From assembly GCF_006345805.1 (NCBI RefSeq), contig NC_043006.1, positions 50,344,001 through 50,408,000 on the forward strand: a DNA stretch of 64,000 nucleotides. The letters run 5' to 3'. Below are positions 14,656-28,077 of this stretch, piece by piece. Both the position numbers and the translations under genes were made by a program. Position 1 is the first letter of the stretch, and each line of letters begins with the position of its first letter. Below the pieces are notes generated by a model that saw only the letters and a list, made by a program, of their open reading frames with translations, was not told where the DNA came from and did not search any database. The DNA comes from Octopus sinensis. Taxonomy: Eukaryota.

Positions 14656-14774
14656 ATGTGTGTGTGTATATATATATATATGCGTAAATATTATATATAT
14701 ATATATAATATATATATATATGTATGCGTGTATATATATCGACGGAAATATATATATTGACGGAAAAATATACA

Positions 14775-15900
14775 TATATATGACCGACAAAGTTAGTCAT
14801 GGTATGATATGTCACAAGTTACAAAACCTTGGTATATTTGGTAAACTAGGAGAGTGGCTGAACGACTTCCTAAACGTTAGAAGTCAGACAGTTGCAGCCA
14901 ATGATGCACTCTCTAAGGAAACACAAATTTTGAGAGATATCTCTGAGGGAACTGTCTTAGGGCCTTTACTGTTTATAGTAGCCTTCTTAGACATGCCCAC
15001 AGTCACTCAGACAGCCATTGTCACTACGCTGATGCTACAAAATTATCATAAGCAAAAAATTATCCTAATGATGTCGTAAACCTGCAGAACGACCTAAATG
15101 CCATATACAAATGGGCAGAGCAAAACAATATGCAATTTAATGCTGAAAAATTTCAAGCACTGCGTTATAGGATCACAAATGCTCGACAACCGGCATTTAC
15201 AGGACCTGGAGGTACTGCAGTCCCAGAGTCACAAACAGTGAAAAACCTGGGCATCAGTATGTGTAATGAGGCATCATTTCCCATGCACATTACCAAGTTG
15301 CAGACAACTGGCGGGATGGATACTAAGGACATTCAGGACAAGAGATCAGGAAGTCACCTTGACTCTATGGAAGACCTTTTCCCTCAACCGCCTAGACTAC
15401 TGCTCTCAGCTGTACTCACCACACAGTGTCAAGCTAACAACGGAGCTTGAAGCAATCCAGCGTTACTACACTAAAAATATTGCTACAGCCCAACACATGA
15501 ACTACAGGTAGAGGCTAAAGGAACTACGACTCTACTCCCTAGAGCGCAGACATGAGAGATATGTAATAATTTACATGTGGAAAATACTGGAAGGTCTGGT
15601 ACTCAATTTTGGCTGCAAGTGTTATATGAACACTCGTACTGGACGCCACTGCACAGTACCGAATGTACCGTCTAATGCATCTAATAAAAGAACCCGTACT
15701 GCAATAGCCTAGGGTTCAGAGGACCACAACTCTTCAATGCTCTGTCAAAACAATTGAGAAACTTACATGATATAGATGTGGAAGTTTTCTAAACGAAACT
15801 GGAAACTCTCCTATCCACAATACCAGACGAACCAATGACTCAACATGAGGCACAGTTCAGGGCAGCAGTGTCACATTCCCTTATACACCAGATGGGCCAT
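14775..15900 (+). mobile_element. CR1/L2-group LINE, 5'-truncated RT and C-terminus, with frameshifts
   Basis: [67 protein letters not shown]. Confidence 0.9.
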
Positions 15901-16134
15901 CGACAATTTTGATTGGATCGCATTAGTTGGAAGACAGGAAACACTTGGTGACAAGGATGCTGTTACCCAGGTTTAAAATATATAAAGCTATTGTAGTTGC
16001 AGTTCCATTATTCGAGCAAAGTGGTGTATAGAAGTGATAAAGAAGTTTCCTGTACGTAGTATGCAAGTTCCAATAGTAGTTCATGTTTAGTCATTTCAAA
16101 TTATGGAACCGTAGATTATATATATATATATTTA

Positions 16135-16540
16135 TTGCCCACAAGTGGCTAAACATAGAGGGGACAAACAAGGACAGCCAAATGGATTAAGTCAATTACA
16201 TCGACCCCAGTGCGTAACTGGTACTTATTTAATCGACCCCGAAAGGATAAAAGGCAAAGTCGGCATCGGCGGAATTTGAACTCAGAACGTAACAGCAGAG
16301 GAAATACCTATTTCTTTACTACCCACAAGGGGCTAAACACAGAGAGGACAAGCAAGGACAGACAAAAGGATTAAGTCGATTATATCGAACCCAGTGCGTT
16401 ACTGGTACTTAATTTATCGACCCCGAAAGGCTGAAAGGCAAAGTCGGCCTCGGCGGAATTTGAACTCAGAACGTAACGGCAGACGAAATACCGCTAAGCA
16501 TTTCGCCCGGCATGCTAACGTTTCTGCCAGCTTGTCGCCT
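16135..16540 (-). mobile_element. tRNA-derived SINE (Nin/Deu-like) with a tandemly duplicated 3' half
   Basis: Head at 16540; the block cccacaag...gaactcagaacgtaac occurs twice (16135-16295 and 16320-16480). Confidence 0.85.
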
Positions 16541-16594
16541 TAAATATGTATATATATACGTGTGTGTATATATATATATATATAATATATATAT

Positions 16595-16705
<111 letters not shown>

Positions 16706-16749
16706 TATTGACAGAAAAATGCGAGCGCAAGAGTAATAATATTCTTAAT

Positions 16750-17995
16750 TAACTGAAATTGGAAACGTATAGGACAAGATGTAGAATTCAATTTTGTGAG
16801 TAAATGATGCATTTGCAGTAGCTATAAAACCCCAACGTAAAACTGAATTACATGAAGCCAGAGTAACTAATGAAGAGAGTGGCTCTGCTAGACTTAATAC
16901 ATTAACTTTATACATAATGAAACTAGAGGGCATAGCCAAATACTGAATCATGAGAGCTCATATAGACATAGTATAATAAGGGAAAGGTAGATGAAATATT
17001 AAGACAACTACAACGGGGCTGGATAATAGATGGAGATTTGTGCATAACAAATATAAGACTAATATACTTATTAACGGTTCCTGTCAAACATGCGTGTATA
17101 TTTTAAAAAATCTTGTGCATATGTGATGAAACGTATTTGGAGTGTTTCTTCAAGAAGGGATCTCCAGAAAAGAGAATTTCCAGAATATTTGAGGTACATA
17201 ATTGCAAGTTTTCTTGTTACCGGAACGATATTGCCGTGGTTAAGGTTTTTGAAAGGGTACAGGTATATTGTTCTGTTTGCAGGTGTACGTAGCTAATGAC
17301 GTCTCATTATTTCTATTGAAATTTCTGGGAGTGTGGCACTGAAAATTGTATACATGTTCAAATGTGTTCAATGTTCTTCTACTCTTGATTTTTGAGCTGT
17401 AGTCTGCTCGAAAGCTACATTGAAAGACAGTATAAGTTAATCATTGTAAGCCCAAGGGCCATAAGTCAGGGTTAGGACAGTTGCACTCTTCGTTAGATCA
17501 GTGTGTTGAATATCTATTTAGCTTAGAGATCTGGAAGATGACAAGGCTCTAGAACAAATTACATATGGTGGTATAGGTGATTGCAAATTAGTTTTATTTA
17601 ATATTTTGTAGCATCTGTGTGTTATGGTGAAGAATTTGTTATTTTGAGGTGTATGAAGAAGTCTCTAGCTACAGAGATTACCACCATGGCATTGTAATAT
17701 TTAAATTGGTCCTTAAAATTTTGTTCATTAGTGGATAGAGCCAAAATGTAAGAAGCACGTTCTTAAATTTCTAATGATGTTTAAGTGTTTTTTGAATGCG
17801 TGAGAACATAGTTTAGGGAATCGTTTGGTTTAGGAAATGGGGAATACAAAGTACCTATCATGTTTGACTGACATCTATATAGTTCGTGCGAGTGAAGTTG
17901 ATATCTATAATTGTATGCCCAACAGAGAGATTTAGTAAAAGGTTTTCCTAATATGATTTTAGTAATTTTGAAGTAAGTCGACATTTTTATCAACT
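16750..17995 (-). mobile_element. Penelope-like element relic (RT C-terminus and GIY-YIG)
   Basis: IDINFTRTNYIDVS, PKPNDSLNYV (cf. KPTD..NY); EQTT-AQKSRVEEH (cf. YIGQT..LKTR..EH); many stops. Confidence 0.65.
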
Positions 17996-18098
17996 GCCGA
18001 CAAAACTGCGCTTGCGCGGTGGATTTGAAAAATTATGATATATAAAGATGTGACATGTGCTATTCTGCTTCACAATTATATGTTAATCTTTGGCGTAC

Positions 18099-18165
18099 CT
18101 GCTGATGAGAACTTCGCCTAGCAAATTATTTTGTTTGCTAATTAAAGTTCGAAACCGTGGTCCGG
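18099..18165 (+). ncRNA. Type I hammerhead ribozyme with extended stem II
   Basis: CTG-CTGATGA-GAACTT...(TAGCAAA/TTTGCTA)...AAGTTC-GAAA-CCGTGG-TC|CGG; predicted GUC cleavage after 18162; stem I only 3 bp. Confidence 0.75.
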
Positions 18166-18310
18166 CAACAAAATATGGTGAATGTTTTTATTTTTCATTC
18201 CCTTCGAAATTACCCCTAACCGTGGTTTGGATTTTGACTGGTCCGTCTAGTATGCTAGGTGTCCTGTTAAGACACCTCTTGTGTGTTTAAATGTACACTA
18301 ATTTTATATG

Positions 18311-18392
<82 letters not shown>

Positions 18393-18479
18393 AGATACAA
18401 ATTTATATTTTCACATATAACATTTAAACATAGAAGTGCTTATTTTCATAAAAGTTAGTTTTACACACAAGAAAAATAT

Positions 18480-20760
18480 AGTCACGTTTTTCTAACAAGT
18501 TTTCATATAGAAACGTTTACTGAATAAATATTCTTGCTTAAACCAAAGAAATTTTAAATGAAGAAAATCACATTTTAATAACAAGTGTACACTGTTGTCA
18601 GTCCTGAAAGTTTAAAGTATGTTTTACTATGCAATTTTTACCCCAAGCGGCGGAAGAAACACATTGTATTGTTTTAAATGGAAATGTCGCTCGTTGTTGT
18701 AAAACAACTGTTATTTTGTGTGTTTTATGTCGCTTATGTTCTTTTGATAAAGGTTATTATTTTGTGTTCTTTTGAAAAGTGTGATTATGTTGGCTATTAT
18801 TTTCAGAAACAATGTTTATCCATATACCGATAGAAAGTATGTTTAATATACATATCAGTAAAACCATAAAGTAATACAGTTTCTGTTTTAAAAGAAAAGA
18901 AGTTTATTTTACCCCCAAAGTGTCAACTCAGTTGTTTTTAAGACTATCGGAATAGTGTGTTGTGTGCTACTTAAATCATAACGCATTAAGTTTTGGTTTG
19001 TATTTGTTAATAAAATATAAATATATTTTTCTTTGTTATTCGTCGAGTCGCTACACTTATACAACGGAAAGCCTGAGTAGTTTGGTAAGATTTGTCCCCA
19101 ACAATTTTTTATACGAGGCAAATTTTCCTTATATATGGTTTCCTCTATTTGTCGGTGACGTACCGTCATTCTTTTCCTGAATGTCATACCGTTACTTCGA
19201 ATGTAGTGTTCACGGTAACTTTCACGTCATAATGTATATCAAATTGTCAGCAAGGATCATCTTTAAAACGGAATTCGGTGCCTACAAATAGACGGTTACA
19301 TACTCCAAAGTTTGGTCGACAGCATTTTCTGGCTTCAGAGTCAGTAGTTAGTATATGTAGTTTTGCATAAGTCAATATCATTTTTAGTGATTTCATTTAT
19401 CTCTTACTTTGTATAACTGGAATATTTTCTTAGACGTTTTTCAGTATTTCTTCCTAAAATACTATCGGCAAATTTATACAAATGGTAATGAAAATTTCAG
19501 TGTTCTTTGGGTTGAATGTTGAAATATATGGTATAATGTATCTTTTTTTTTCTTTTGATATTCTCGGACATAAATTTGTTTTTATTTCTGAATTCAAGAG
19601 AAATAAGCCTTATAGGATATTTTCTTATTAGTTTTTTTTTCATTTCTTCTAGTCTTTGGTTTCTTGCTTTATAATTTGAGACAAGCGTGTAAAATCGTTT
19701 TGCTATGTTTAATGGAATGTTACTTCGAATGTGTTTCAAGTGACATAATATAAGAAAATATTGTCATGAGTAGGTGGGCTTAAAATATATCTCTGTTCAA
19801 AATATATATCTGATTTTATCGCTATCAAACGCCATCGTGAATTGAATATGAAGGTTTACGCAGTTGCTGAGATTTTGAAATTAGCGGAATCTGTCAATAT
19901 TTTTCTTCAATAAAATGAAACACTCACCTAGAAATCTCTTATGGTTTTCTTTCAAATAGCAACTGAATTAATCTCCAAATATTTCTGAAAATTTGTTATA
20001 GATTTTCATTTCAAGGCATCCTATGAATATGTTGGCATATGTTAGCGTAACTGTAGCTCCCATGACTGTTCTTGACTTTTGTCTTATGCTGTGTTTGCGA
20101 ACATAAAGTAGTTATTTTCTTAAACGTCCTGGAGACCATCTACTATAAACTTAGTATGTATATGTTCTGGTTTTGCATAGGAAAATTAGTGAGCCGGTAT
20201 TTAATAGCTTCCATTGCATAATTGGAGTTGGAGGAGACGTTTACGGATTCCATAGACAGCGAGGCTCACCAATGGAGAAGTTCTTAACCAGATGAAGCCA
20301 AAACAGCCGCTGGAAGCTAGGATCACCAAGCATAGATTGGCATATTTTGGTTATATTATGCGGAGAAAATCCCTGGAGAAGGACATCATGCTCGGAATGG
20401 TCAGTGGCAAGAGAGGAAGAGGTCGATCAAGAACCCGCTGACTTGACACCATCAAGAGTGACACGGGAATGGCCATAGCCAATCTGAAAGAAGCGACCCA
20501 GGATAGAACAAGCTGGAGAACACTGACCCATCGATTAACCGAGAGTCGACTTCGACTGAGCGGATAGATAGATAGATAGCATAATTGTGTGTAATGTTGC
20601 CAATATCAGATGGGGCTGTATAAGTATTTTCATTTTCTAAATTAAGAAGATAGTTGAGTATATCAAGAGCATCTCGTATAAAGTTCTTGAAATGCTTGAG
20701 GAAATGCTTGAGGAAAGGCTTTCGCAAAATGTTACTTCAGCGATGTTTCACAAGATGGGC
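18480..20760 (-). mobile_element. Penelope-like element relic (RT plus endonuclease region), interrupted by an RTE insertion
   Basis: KPFLKHFKNFIRDALD, THNYAMEAIK, VMGATVTLTYANIF (cf. AMGTKVAPTYANLF), KRFLGECF (cf. RFLDDCF), HIRSNIPLNIAKRFYTLVS. Confidence 0.8.
20225..20578 (+). mobile_element. RTE (BovB-like) LINE 3' end with (GATA)n tail and 9-bp TSD
   Basis: RLAYFGYIMRRKSLEKDIMLGMVSGKRGRGRSRTR; TSD GCATAATTG at 20216-20224 and 20579-20587. Confidence 0.9.
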
Positions 20761-20928
20761 CTACTATAATGGATCTCAATTTTAGATGCGACAGTGAGGG
20801 TTAGTTCGCACAATACATCTTTCTCTTTCACATGCTCCATTAATTAATTAGTTTTAAATTATTTTAGATAAGCCTTAGACGTTAATTGTTCTAAATTTAA
20901 ATTTTGGATGGTAATACAGTCCTCTTGT

Positions 20929-21310
20929 GGAAGCGCGTGGCTTAGTGGTTAGGGTGTCAGCATCATGATCGTAAGATTGTGGTTTCGATTCCTGGACTGG
21001 GCGACGTGTTGTGTTCTTGAGCAAAACACTTCATTTCACGTTGCTCCAGTCCACTCAGCTGGCAAAAATGAGTAACGCTGCGATAGACTGGCGTCCCGTC
21101 CAGTTGGGGAAAACATTCCCCCCCCTCACCAAACATCACTTAACAACCGATGCTGGTGTGTTTACTTCCCCGTGATTTAGCGGTTCAGCAAAATAGACCG
21201 ACAGAGCAAGTACTAGGCTTACAAAGAATAAGTGCTGGGGTCGATTTGCTGGACTAATGGCGGTGCTCCAGCATGGACACATTCAAATGACTGAAACAAG
21301 TAAAAGAGAA
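20929..21310 (+). mobile_element. Chimeric SINE: tRNA head with Meta-like box joined to the 3' half of the CORE-type SINE
   Basis: 20929-21112 has ctgcgatagactggcgtcccgtccag; 21130-21310 matches the 3' half of the 40826 and 54429 copies. Confidence 0.7.
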
Positions 21311-21436
21311 TTCATCAAGAGCTGTATTTCTTTCGCATTTGAAGCGGAATTTCCTTTTGTGTTAAATTAGATTTTCATCGTCGTTATCTCCTCTTAAAAA
21401 TCTGATCTATTAACCTAAGTAGTTTTCTGCAAGCTT

Positions 21437-21649
21437 TTCTTTTATTCTTTTACTTGTTTCAGTCATTTGACTGGGGCCATGCTAGAGCACCGCCTTTAGT
21501 CGTACAAATCGATTCCAGGACTTATTCTTTGTAAGCCTAGTACTTATACCGACGGTTTCTTTTGATGAACCATTAAGTTGCTGGGACGTAAACATACGAA
21601 CACCGGTTGTCAAGTGATCGTGGGAAGACAAACAAAGACACACACACAG

Positions 21650-21685
<36 letters not shown>

Positions 21686-21925
21686 GACGGGCTTTATTCA
21701 GTTCCCCTCTACCAAATCCGTTCACAAGGCTTTGGTGGACTCAAGGCTATAATAGAAGACACTTGCTCAAGGTGCCACGCAGTAGGACTGAACCTAGAAC
21801 AATGTGGTTGGGAAGCAAACTTCTTACCACACAGCCACTCGAGCACTCACAAGGCTTTGTTCGGGACTGAACCTGGAACCATGTGTTTGGTTAGCAAGCT
21901 ACTTACCGCACAGCTCCTCCTGCGC
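21437..21925 (-). mobile_element. CORE-type octopus SINE with duplicated head
   Basis: Matches the full copies at 40826 and 54429; two head segments end at ~21840 and ~21925. Confidence 0.85.
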
Positions 21926-21949
<24 letters not shown>

Positions 21950-21956
<7 letters not shown>

Positions 21957-22189
21957 GGGATAAATCCAAACCCACAGGGAAAAATTAGATTTAGGATTAA
22001 ATCCAATTTTATTGTATAAATATATTATATTATTTTATATTAAATTAGAGATAAAACCACTATTAGGCAAATCAAACAGTGAAAAACGTAAGCCAATACA
22101 TAAAATTAATTTAAAAATCTAAAAGTTAAAATTTAAAAAGTTATTTAAATAATTTAAACTTATAAATTTTAAATATATATATACAAATA

Positions 22190-22245
<56 letters not shown>

Positions 22246-25200
22246 ATATATATTTTTATATTTATATATTATTTTATTTATTAATTAATTTATTTATTTA
22301 TTTTTTCTTTATTTTATTATATAAATATCAAAAGTATTAAAAGTATTAAAAGTATTAAAAGTATTAAAAGTTTAATAAAAGATAAAAAGTAAAACACTAC
22401 GATCGTTTCATGGCTGTACCAATTCGAATAACAATAATTTAAATTCAATTAATAATTCGAATTATGGTTACAGTCAATCATCAGGTTAATTGAAATATTT
22501 TAAAAATAATCAGAAATATTTAAACAATATTTTTAAGATATAAATAATATAATAATTTTACTTATAATAAACTCTATTATCAAACTAGAGACTTAAAACT
22601 TAACGATTATGATTATATCAAAATCGATTATAATGTTAAATATTAATTTTAATTTTAAGGTAAGAAACCCACCTATAATCTAATATCGCTAATAGTCTAT
22701 ATCTAATTACATAAATATTTTTTTTTAAATGACTATTATATATAAAAATTATCAATGAAAATATATAAATGTATATAAATATTATAATTAAGATCTAAAA
22801 TAATCTCTATAAATACATATATGTGCACATATGAATAAAGACCTAATAAATTAATTTTTCATATTTAAATATGAAATAGCTAATTTCAAAGATACAAACA
22901 AACAAACTTAAACGAACTTTCGGAAATCTTATATTTAAAATACTTATAGAAATAATCAATTCGTAGTTATATAGTATCGAATAAATACTATAAATACTAT
23001 AAATATATTTGTCAATGGGAATGAAACTAGCAAATATCAATTTAAAAAGACAATAACTAAGTTATGCTATTAAGTTAGACATGGCCTGGACCTGTCTTTG
23101 GTCGAAACAAATCTAAGTTTATTTAAGTTTATCTAATTTTAAATATAAGAAATTTAAAACTACAATTAATGCTATTAATACATGTATACACATAAACCTA
23201 ACTTTAGACAACTGGTATACTTGCTATCAAACAACATATCTATCGCTAAGTAATATCTTACGAATAAACTTAAATTTAATATCTAATAATTATATAGAAA
23301 ATTACGATAATGAGATCATTACATAAACAATGATATTTACATAAGAAAAATATTATTACACCAAAGACTCATAAAATATTAAAATTTACAAATTAAACAT
23401 CTTAAATATAAATAAATACTTATCTTAGCGAGGTTTTGTAATGAACTAAAATTTTGAATCGGAAAACGTCTTTACAGCGTTTATAAGAATACTCGTGGAA
23501 TTACGTTATTAGCAAAAAAAAGAAGAAATTGTTGAAGAATTCATTAAGCGTGAGGAACAAATACGTTTTATCAATGGAGATTGTGAATGGGAACATTTAT
23601 GGTTTATCAATAAGTGTAAATAGAATGAAGTCACAAATAAAGAATAAAATCACTATATACTATAAGATTTATTAATAAAATAACTATGATAAATAATACT
23701 TAATACAGAATAAATTAAATAATTTAAATGATTAAAAACCACCAATTATTAAATATACTCTAAAAATCTTATATGATTAATAAATATATTAAAAAATTTT
23801 TTATAGTAACCCATCAACGTACTATAAAGTCTTTCTCAATACTCTTATAATTATAAGCTAAAATTAGTGATCATAATCGAAATATCTAAAGTACTTATCA
23901 AAATTTGCGGTATAACTATACATACGTATACATATATATATAAATATACATACATATATATATATATATATACATATATATATACATATATATATATATG
24001 TACATATATACATATATATACACACATATACACACATACACATATGCACACACATACATACATGTACATACATACAATACTCAATATATACACATACACA
24101 TATATACACCCACCCACCCACACACACACACTTAAATAAATGTATATACATATACATATATATACACACACATAAACCTATACACATATATACATACACA
24201 CGCAAACACATATATCATATAAATAAATACGTATATAAATCTCTATATTCATACTTCTATACAAAAATAGAGGTAAACATTAAGTTTAATCTAAATATTT
24301 AATCTTCCTAATCTATACTTCTATATTAAATAAAATAGATTAAATAAACAACTAAATAAATCTATTTCAAATATAAAGAGATTATATACAAATAGATTAA
24401 TTTTACAAAATTATAATTTAACAAAATTATAGCAGAAATATAACAAAATATATAAACTTAACTTTATTATAAGATAAATAAAATTGTAACTTTCCAAACT
24501 CTATATTCAATACACCATTAAATATTTATTAATGAAATATTTAGTAATAAAATATTTAGTAATAAAATAAACAACTATATATAATCTAACTATAATTAAA
24601 AACATAACCTAAATAACTAAAATAAACTAATGTAATAAGTAATATAAATCACCTACAATATTTAGAATACTATTACATAAATCAACAAATAAGGATTTGT
24701 TTCGACCAAAGAGACTGGTCCAGGCCATGTCTAACTTAATAGCATATCTTAGTTATTGTCTTTTTAAATTGATATTTGCTAGTTTCATTCCCATTGATAA
24801 ATATATTTATAGTATTTATAGTATTTATTCGATACTATATAACTACGAATTGATTATTTCTATAAGTATTTTAAATATAAGATTTCCGAAAGTTCGTTTA
24901 AGTTTGTTTGTATCTTTGAAATTACCTATTTCATCTTCAAATATGAAAAATTAATTTATTAGGTCTTTATTATATGTGCATATATATTTATTTATAGAGA
25001 TTATTTTAGATCTTAATTATAATATTTATATACATTTATATATTTTCATTGATAATTTTTATATATAATAGTTATTTAAAAAAATAATATTTATGTAATT
25101 AGATATAGACTATTAGCGATATTAGATTATAGGTGGGTTTCTTACCTTAAAATTAAAATTAATATTTAACATTATAATCGATTTTGATATAATCATAATC

Positions 25201-25623
25201 GTTAAGTTTTAAGTTTCTAGTTTGATAATAGAGTTTATTATAAGTAAAATTATTATATTATTTATATCTTAAAAATATTGTTTAAATATTTCTGATTATT
25301 TTTAAAATGTTTCAATAACCTGAAGATTGACTGTAACCATAATTCGAATTATTAATTGAATTTAAATTATTGTTATTCGAATTGGTACAGCCATGAAACG
25401 ATCGTAGTGTTTTACTTTTTTATCTTTTATTAAAACTTTTAATACTTTTAATACTTTTAATACTTTTAATACTTTTGATATTTATATAATAAAATAAAGA
25501 AAAATAAATAAAATAAATAATTAAAATAAAATAAAATATATATAAATATAAAAATATACATACATACACACATATATATATGTTTGATTTGCCTAATAGT
25601 GGTTTTATCTCTAATTTAATATA

Positions 25624-25625
<2 letters not shown>
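21950..25625. mobile_element. ~3.7-kb extremely AT-rich element bounded by long inverted repeats (probable non-autonomous PLE derivative)
   Basis: 22250-23115 is the reverse complement of 24694-25560, and 22025-22080 of 25587-25625; degenerate ORF-like interior at 23420-23640. Confidence 0.75.
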
Positions 25626-25657
<32 letters not shown>

Positions 25658-25702
25658 ATATATATATATATGTATGTATGTATATGTATATACACAGATA
25701 GG

Positions 25703-25775
<73 letters not shown>

Positions 25776-26825
25776 AAGAGATAAATACATGCAAATCAAC
25801 ACACTAAAATTTAATTTCTTTCATTTAAAACCCCTTAAAAATCATTAGGAAATTAATTAATGACATGCTTTTAAATTCTTACAGCATCCGATGATGCACA
25901 GAATTTTGAAGAATCATCTCAACATTACCATAATGCAAACAGTTGTATAATTATTTATTTATACTAACACCTAAATACACACATACAAATACATACCTGG
26001 ACATGCAGATACAAACATGCACCTGTAGACGCAAGCAGGCACAAACAGATACAAGCAGGCGCTTACAAGCACACGCAGGCATATTCCGGCATATGCAAGT
26101 ACATGGAAGCACAGATGTATATAAGCTGTACGAATATGATTCCATACTTTGTAAAACACATATTATAATAAGCAGCGCATAAAGGTACAAATAGAAACAT
26201 AGAAATCATTGCAAAAGTTTGAAAAGCGTAACTTTAGAATATATATTTGAAAATGAAAGAAAGAAAGAAGTCGAAGAGAAAGATTGTGAAAATGGGAAAT
26301 GGTAAGGAAGGGGAGAGAGAAAAATAGTGAAGGTTAAGGAGTTGAAGCATCAAAAGCAGAAAATGGCTAATGGTGCTTAGTTCGAGTAGATGGAAATGAC
26401 TGAGAGAGAGAGAGAAGGAGAGAGAAAGAAAGAATGAATGAAAGAAGAAAGAAGGAAGAAAGAAAGAAAGAGATTTATATTAGTAAGGGAAAATATGAAA
26501 GAGTAAGGAGATCTGTACGTTGCTGATGTAGTTACATAAGTGAGCGGCTATGAGGCTATGAGCTGTGTATTAAGGAGTTGTTTGATATAAGTGTATATGA
26601 TGCCTTTTAGGGATTTTAGAATATGTAGGAGGAAACGTTATGGTGTATTGGAGAGAAAGAAAAAAACAGGTGGAAATATTAAAAACGAGAGAAGAATAAC
26701 CAAAAGAGAATAAATTAATAAAGCAAACAAAAATGGAAAAAAAGCAGAAATTGCTTACAAAAACTAACATCAAGAGGGTATGATTCGAAGCGGAGTTGTT
26801 ATGCATTGCTAAGTTTGTTTAAGTA

Positions 26826-26938
<113 letters not shown>

Positions 26939-27886
26939 ATATAATATATTCGTATGTGTGTGTGGGCGTGTGTGTAAATATTGAAATCAATTTATATATT
27001 TTCAATATACACGCATATGTACATACATAGACTTATCCATGTTCATACACGTATGCCTATACCCATACATACACGAATACATATACGTGCACATGTATGT
27101 ATACACCATTCACACACACGCACGTATACGCATATAAAAATATAAATATAATATATATATATATATATATGTTACACTATTATTTATATGCATACACACA
27201 CGTACACAGGCATATACACTCATACGCACTCACGTGTATATACACAAGCACAGACATACACACACACCCACACATACCTCCCATATACACACAGCACACA
27301 CTCATCCATACACGCACACAATTATACATACATGTACACACACACGCACATACAAGCACACAAGCACACATACACATAGTAAAGTATTGTTACTCCACAT
27401 ACACACATACACACACGTACACACACACACATGCATACACACACACTGCCAACAAAACACACACACACTACATATATATACATGCACACACACATACTTC
27501 AAACTACCAGTACCTTCTACTGACCACTCTTCTACGCACATGTGTAGATACATCCACAACAGGCAGCAACTCCTACCAAAATTCTTACTATAAATTCTTC
27601 CTACGACCTTAAACGGTACTAAGCCCAACCACACACATAGATAAACAGCTACAATCACACACACACACATATACACACACGTGCTATAATTGTACACACA
27701 GACCTGCGCGCACGCACATACCCACAAATACACACACATATCTCTTTCTCTTGCACTCTCCTGTCTTTGAAAGAACTTTTTCTTCACCCTTTCCCTTCCG
27801 GTCATTTCAATATGTAACCGCGTGACTATCGTTGATGATTTTCTTTCTCCGTCTTCCTTTACTTGGACTTTTTCTTTTTTTTCTAT

Positions 27887-27921
27887 ATTTCTGACGAAGA
27901 GCTCCGTTCGAAATGTTAAAT
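27887..27921 (+). ncRNA. Minimal type I hammerhead ribozyme in a short PLE-like repeat (~27720-28010)
   Basis: ATTT-CTGACGA-A-GAGC(TCC)GTTC-GAAA-TG-TT|AAAT; 4-bp stem I; CG>TG change in stem III. Confidence 0.7.
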
Positions 27922-28077
27922 CTTCCCCTTTTTTTCTTTCCTTTCCCGAGCGTCCTTGCGTTGTTGTTTTTCCACGTCCTTGCGTTGCTGTGTTTTCTCA
28001 TTGTTCATGTTTGGATTGACTATATATGTATATATATATATAGATATATATATATATATATATATGCCTGTGTGCAT

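Noticed and set aside
23075-23115. Hammerhead at the inner end of the long inverted arms (also 24691-24737)
   Set aside because: Only GACC/GGTC and GAAAC remain; the CUGANGA core is not recognisable, so it is not counted as an HHR
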